From Malacoraja senta (Eukaryota): a stretch of 64,000 nt of DNA. The notes below the pieces were generated by a model. It had not been told where the DNA came from, ran no database searches, and saw only the letters and a program-made list of their open reading frames with translations. Location of the stretch: positions 1 to 64,000 of the forward strand of contig JAXLNO010000043.1 in NCBI GenBank assembly GCA_038087875.1. Reading direction: 5' to 3'. Position numbers and translations under genes: made by a program. This document shows positions 57,159 through 64,000 of this stretch, one piece after another (the first letter of the stretch is position 1; each line of letters starts with the position of its first letter).

Positions 57159-59419
57159 ATATCATATCATATCATATTAAAAATATATCATATCATGCTG
57201 CGAACTATGTTCTGCATTCTGTATCTCCCCATTTGCTTTATCACGCGCCTCAATACACATGGCAATAATAAACCTAAACGTGAAGCCTAAATCTTTATGC
57301 CCCTTGCAACTTAATTGTTTACACCTTCACAAACCAAGACTCATAGTTAATAGAAGCATTGCATCATTTACATTTCTAGCTATTCACCCCGGCACGGTTA
57401 AACACGAAATTTACATCAGGTTCAATGATGGTTTTGTGTTTGTACAGATATCTAGTCCTCCAAATGTAAAGGTGCAACTCCTAGGAGAACGGTAGACCGG
57501 AATTATGCAATGTGGCTTGAGCAACGATTGTTCATTGTTCCAAATACCCGGACAAATCGGGGTTGGGTTGAAATAAAGAACCACATTCAGCATGATCTTC
57601 TGTATCATGAACTATATTCTACATTCTGCATCTTCCCATTTACCCGATCTATTGCACTTGGCTTTACATTGATTGCTTTTTTGTCTGGGATATTTGAACC
57701 AAGTGAAACAACTCTTTCCACTGCAGCTCGGTAAATGTGATAATAATAGATCTAAACTGACCAAATGACACGTGAGATAAGAAATAACTCTGATCAGAGC
57801 GGCAATGTTCGTACTATGACGCTGACTGAGATTGTAAACGAGACACAGACGGTGATGATGTAAAAGGGAAGGTGATGAATGGCTGTTAACCACAAATGGA
57901 CTGTTGGACAAATACGAAGAGAAGGTGAAGTGTGGGGACGGGTGTAAGAACACAATAAACATGCTGATAATGTACTGCGGACCGTAGTCATTCACCGGCA
58001 TCTGAAATTCAAAAGGAAGACATGATATACTCAGATGACAGAAGACATCGGCGGTGAAACGGGAAATGTGTAATGTCAGAAGTTAATGATCTCATCAAAA
58101 CTCCGGTATTGATGAACCGCATGGACTGTGGAATAATTTTTCAAAGTACAAGTCGGCAAACACCGGTGTTGCTCGTGGGCGCACCTGAACATTATTCCAG
58201 AATCAGTTCCTGCTCAACATTTAATGCTCAACAACTACCTATCTGTTTCTTACCACTGGTGAATTGGCACCGATATTTCCAAACACTCTTGCTGTCGAAC
58301 ACTTCTCAACTAACTCCTCAATCCGGTTGTTCCATATACCCACCGCCGTCGGAGTTTAAAGTATTTCCTTCAGGTTCCTGTCTGTATTGCCACTGACGTG
58401 GTGCAATCACATTGATGCGACACACAAGAGGACACACAACCGAAAATAAATAAACATTTGTCATGTCTCCCATAACTCTTGCAAAAATATAATAAGAAGC
58501 TTATTGTCACGTTGCATCGTAACTTGTTTTGGGAACAACTATGACAAGACCGCGAGATATTGCAGAGGCAGATAGCCCTGTCCATCTCAGAGCCCAGACC
58601 AATCATAATCTTCATCGGCACTTCACGCTGCATAACATTACCCAAACACACAACAAAATCAAAGACTTGGCAAATCCCGGTCAGTTTTTTACTTTCCCCT
58701 ACACCTATCCGGCAAAAGATAGAGATGTTGTAAGCGCGCACCACAAGACTTAGGAACTTGTTCATTTCCTCCGTTATCGGGTATATGAACGGTCCCTCCA
58801 TAGCCCAGGGAAATATTCAATCCCCTCCACCCCATTATGGTCATTGAATTTTGTCTGAGGTACTGATGTATAAAATAGCGCTCCAATGCTGATAAATGTA
58901 TTCTGCTCTCTCTATTGTCCACTTTGCTCTCTCTATTATCATGAGTCACACAACGCAGGAACAGGTCCTTCAGCCCAGCCTCCCAACGTTGATCAATGTA
59001 CACCATCAACATAAGTCCCACCTGCCGTTTTTGTCCCGTGCCACTTCCGATGTGTGTTGGGCCAAATGTATTTAAGATCCTGTGTAGTTTCTACCTCAGC
59101 TACCTCCTTTGGCAGCTAATTCTATATGTACACCATCCGCTGTGCGAATACATGTGGCAACCACACTGAGTGGATCCACATGCCCAGTGCCCTGTATCAT
59201 CGCGTTTGAACCGATAATATCTAATTATGATATATTTAATCTGTTTGGATAGCATGCAGACCATTGTTTTTCACAGTGCATCGGTACATGTGCCAATAAT
59301 ATCCCTAAACCTGAAGCTAAAACCTAAAGCGCCTGTCATCTGCATTGTTTACAACAGCATGAAACCAGCGGAATGTCTCATAGGTTGCAGAAGCATTGCA
59401 TCATCCATTTTGGGGATGC

Positions 59420-60567
59420 AACACGTAAAATGGACAAGTGAGAGCCAGTGGATGTAGTGTACCAGGTCTTTAAGGAAGTATTTGTTCAGGTTCCAGACGA
59501 GAGATTAGTGGCTAAAATTATAGCACATGGTATAGGGGTTGGGTATTGACTTGGATATTGACATTGACATTGGACCGCAGCTAATTACAATATATATTAA
59601 TAATTTAGATGCAAATTAAAAGAAGAATTGCAGATGGCACAAAGCTGGATGGGAGTGTGAACAGTGTAGTGGATGCTATGGGGTTGCAGGCCGGTTTGGA
59701 CAGGTTGGGTCAGTGGGCAGATGCATTGCAGATGCAGTATAATGTGGATACATGTGGGGTTATCAACTGGTGGCAAGAACGGGAAGGCAGTTTATTATCT
59801 GAATGGTATCAGGTGATGAAAAGGGGAAGTACAACGAGACTTGGACGTCCTTGTACATCAGATACTGACAGTAAGCATGCAGGTACAACAGGCAATTAAG
59901 AAAGCTAATGGCATGTTGGCCTTCATAACGAGAAGTTATGAGTTGAGTATCGGAGCAAAGAGGTCCCTCTGCAGTTGCACAGGGACCTGGTGAAACCACA
60001 CCTCGAGTGTAGTGTGCAGGTTTGGTCTTCTCATTTGAGGATGGACATTCTTGCTATTCAGGGAGTGCAGCGTAGGTTCACGAGGTCAATTCCCGGGATG
60101 GCGGGTCTGGCATATGATGAAAGCATGGAGCGACTGGGCTTCTATTCGCTGGAATTTAGGAGGATGAGAGGGTGTTTTCTAGATACATATAACATTATTA
60201 AGTGATTGGACACGCTAGATACAGAAAACATGTCCCCGATGTTGGGGGAGTCCAGAAACAGGGGGCCACAGTTTAAGAACAAGGGGTAGGCCATTTAGAA
60301 CTGAGATTATGTAAAACTTGTACAGCCAGAGAGTTGTGTATTTGTGGAATTCTCTGACTCAGAAGCACGTGGAGACCGATTCACTGGATGCATTCAAAAT
60401 AAAGCTATATAGAGCTCTGTGGGCTAATGGAATCAAGGGGTATGGGGAGAAGGCACGAACGGAGTACTGATTGTGAATGATTAGCCATGATCGCATTGAA
60501 TGTCGGTGATGACTCGAAGGGCCTACTGCACCTATTCTCTATATATCTATGTATCTATGTATCTATG
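59420..60567 (+). mobile_element. Old, heavily mutated CR1 LINE 3' part
   Basis: [33 protein letters not shown]; (TATCTATG)n tail. Confidence 0.85.
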
Positions 60568-60732
60568 ATCCAGATATGTACTTCTGCGAGCTTAAATAAT
60601 GTTGTTGCATAAACTATTTGCTTTGTGTTTTCACAGAAATCGAATTCTCCTACTGCCCTTATCTAGTTCTATGGAGAATGAAATTATGCAATGTGGCTTG
60701 AGAAAATATTGTTCATTCTCATAACGGACAAT

Positions 60733-61090
60733 TCAGAATCGAATCGAATAGAATAGAAAGCCTTTTATTGTAATTCAAACAGCTTGGTTTGAACGAAATT
60801 GCATTTTCTACAGTCTTAACATTACAAAAAAAACAAGACCCACACTTAACACACTTTACAAAAACATCCATCACAGTGAATCTCCAACACCTCCTCGCTG
60901 TCGTGGAAGGCAAAAGTCTTATCTCTTCCCTTTGTTCTTCTCCCGCGGTCCAGCAGTACACCTGCAGCGTCGAGGCGAACTGGGGCTCCGATGTTAAAGC
61001 CCCCGGCGGGCAACGGTAAGTCCCGCGGCCTTTAAGCTGTGCCGGGCGATGTTAGGCCCCGTTCCAAGTCATTTCACCCCGCGATTCGGG
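60733..61090 (-). mobile_element. Truncated copy of the unclassified SINE-like family
   Basis: AACATCCATCACAGTG..CCTCCTCGCTGTCGTGGAAGGCAAAA block and GCTCCGATGTTAA shared with the 32-kb copy; GAATC/GAATA tail. Confidence 0.5.
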
Positions 61091-64000
61091 GTTTGGTGGA
61101 AATAACCAACAATGTTCAGCATGATATTCAATGTAATGAACTATATGCTGAATTCAGTATATTCCTCTTCGCCCCATCTGCAGGACTGATTGTATCTATG
61201 TATGGCATATCTTAACTGAATGGACACGCTTTTCACTGTACATTGGAACATGTGACGATATTAAACCGAGCCCAACCTCATGTAACCGAATGATCTGACA
61301 TAAGTAACAACAATGATCTGAGAGAGATGTTCGTACTGTGATGACGACGAAGATTGTCAATGTAACACAAACAGTATTGCTATAAAAGAGAAGGTGTTGA
61401 ATAGGCTCAACCACAAATGAACTGTTGGACAAATGCGAAGTCAAGGTGAAGAGTGGGCTCAGGAAACAGATCATTGTCAAACAACTGATACTGTATCGCG
61501 GACCATATTTAATTACCGGGACTCTGCAATGCTGGAGTAAAACTTAATATACTCAGAAGACTCAGATGACATCCGTCCAGGGATGAAATATATGTAATGT
61601 CAGAAGCGCATGATCTTATCAAAGTTTGTCACATGTTCCCAGCACCCTCTTTGCGTCAAGTAATCTCTTCAGGTTCCAAGAAATTCCTGCCCCACTCACC
61701 TTAAACATATGAGATCTGATTATTGATTCACCATCATGGGTAAAATACTGCATTCATCCTACCTTTTCCTCTCATGCTTGTAAACACCTTGATATTCCCA
61801 CCATGCAGCTTCCTTCGCTCCAAGGAATAAAGTCCTCATCTCTCCCTACAGCTGGGACACACAAGGAAATGGCAGTACAGTTCTGCTATAGCTACTGACG
61901 GTGATACACATGTGGAGAAACGTGCAGAGACTGGACCAAGAGTCATCGTCATACAACAATGAAACAGGTCCAGCAACTTTCTGTCTAAATGCTATCCAAT
62001 TACAGAATCACATTTACTAGCACTTGGTCCACAGAGTATTAAGCCTTGGCCCTATCTCTTTTAAAGAAGGTGATATTTTTGAAGCGGTGTAGAATCAGAA
62101 GTGCAGGTTTATTACTCGAATCAAGTGGCTGTGAAACGACGGCCGATTGACGAGATCCGCTACATTGGTAAGCAGAACATCGATGCAACATCCAAGAAGG
62201 CACATCAATGCCTCTAATTCATGAGGAGACGGTGTAAGTTTGACATGTCTCCAGCGACTCTTACATACTTCTCGGGATGTACCGTAGAAAGCACATTGTC
62301 GAGTTCCATCAGAGACTGATTGGGAACGAGTCTCCCAAGACCTCGAGATTTTGCAGAGTTATTAACGCTGCCCAATCCATCACACAAACCAGACGTCCCA
62401 CCATTGACTCCATGTACACTTTAAAAAAAAACATCGAACGTAATCAGACCTGTCCAGACCGGTCAGTTCTTCTTTCCCGCCTGAAGCCCCGCACAACGTA
62501 CATAAGTTTGAAAGTGAGCACCACCGGATTAAGGAATAACTCATTTCCCTCCGTTAACAGGTTTCCAAACGGTCCCTCCTAGGACTAGTGTACTCTTCAA
62601 TTCGCTTCTCCCCCATTGCGGATATGAGACATTGTCTCAGTAGCTGATGCACTACAATCCTGCGAACTATATTGTGCACTCTGTATCTTCCACATTGGTC
62701 TATCTATTGTTATAGACTCATCGAGTCGTACGGCATGGTAACGGGACTTTCAACCCATCTTGCCCAGGCGGACCAATGTGCCCTACTGCACCAGTCACTC
62801 ACACCCACCTTTCGGCCACATTACTCGACATCGTTCCTATTCATGAGGCAGTCTAATTGTCTTTGAACGTCTGTCATATTTTCCGGCGCAACCACTTACT
62901 TCCCGTGCAGAGATGGAGTCAATATTTATCTGCGGTGGAAGAGGCTGTCAAAGGAACAACAATTGAGGAGATCCTCCACTCTGTGCAGGTTGGAAGATGA
63001 TATATTCCAAACTCCTGGACCGAGGGATCGCCTCCCCGCTCTATCACCGGATGCTCAATTTTAGCTCCGACAGCACACAATTAATAAGGATAAGTGACAC
63101 CTACTCAACAATAACCTCGAAGACTGGAGCATCGCAAGGATCCGTTCTCAGTTCGCTACTGCACCACCTTTACACTCGCGACCGTAAGGCCATATTAAGC
63201 ATTGGCTATGAATTTGCAGAAGACATCATTGTGAATGAATGAATGAATGATTGAATAAGTTTATTGGCCAAGTATTCACATACCAGGAATTTGCCTTGGT
63301 GCTCCGCCCGCAAGTGACAACGACTTGCAGTGACAATTAGGAATGGCACATAAAGCATTGAACATTAATAATAAAACATTATAGTTTAACCATGTGAATT
63401 AAATAAAATAGCAGAGCAAAAGGAAGCTACAGATTTTTGGTTATTGAGTAGAACTACCACTCGTGGAAAAACCTGTTTTTATGCCTGGCTGTGACAGCTT
63501 TGACAGTCCGGAGTCTCCTTCCAGAGGGAAGTGGTTCAAAGAGATTGTGGCCAGGGTAACAGGGGTCAGAGATGATCTTACCCGGTCGCTTCCACGAGTA
63601 GTAGCTCTACTCAATGGTCGAATGACGGGCAATGGCGGAGCGGAGTACAAGAAGAGGATAGTGAGTTTATTGACACGTTGTCGTGACAATGTCCCCTCTT
63701 TCAGCAAGCCGAAGCAGATAGTTTTTGACCTCAGGAAGCAATGTAGAATATTTGCCCTAATCTGCATCAATGGCACATTGATGTGTAACCCACGAAGGCA
63801 CACCATCGTCTCTACTTTATTAGGAGACTGGGAAAATTGGCATGTCTACAGTGATTCTTATTCAACTTCTAGAGATGGAGCATAGAAAGCATATTACCCG
63901 GTTGGATTACATTGTGGTTTCGATGCAGATCTGACAAGACCGGGAGAATTTGGAGAGAGTTGTAAATGTAGCCCAATCCATCATGTAGACCTGACGTCAC

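Noticed and set aside
57760..58090. Protein-coding exon in the repeated core unit
   Set aside because: Stops and frameshifts differ among the five copies; no frame is conserved on either strand.

Overview
Vertebrate genomic DNA made almost entirely of transposable elements (TEs) and repeats. It is most likely from a cartilaginous fish (skate, ray or shark), inferred from HER1-like CR1 LINEs and HE1/V-SINE-like SINEs. I recognise no intact host protein-coding gene. From left to right: a decayed class I (epsilon-like) endogenous retrovirus pol region (1.1-2.9 kb); a Penelope-like element with an open GIY-YIG frame and a minimal hammerhead-like motif (11.2-12.4 kb); a PIF/Harbinger MITE (12.5-13.0 kb); a complete, very young Mag-type Ty3/Gypsy element with identical LTRs, inserted in a GATA/GCTA satellite (20.7-25.4 kb); a full-length CR1 LINE whose 5'UTR/ORF1-start junction has expanded into a 7.8 kb, 63-bp tandem array with higher-order repeat structure (33.2-45.2 kb); an adjoining 3'-truncated L1 with an intact 5' end (45.2-50.1 kb); and a Crack/L2-group LINE with a second near-complete CR1 in its tail (52.3-57.2 kb). 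L2, CR1, Rex1 and V-SINE fragments are scattered throughout. The background is an old multi-kb unit present three times in tandem on the left and twice inverted on the right. The most unusual item is the LINE-ORF1-derived satellite. I see no evidence that establishes a new functional system. All calls are by eye, with no database searches, and boundaries of decayed elements are approximate.
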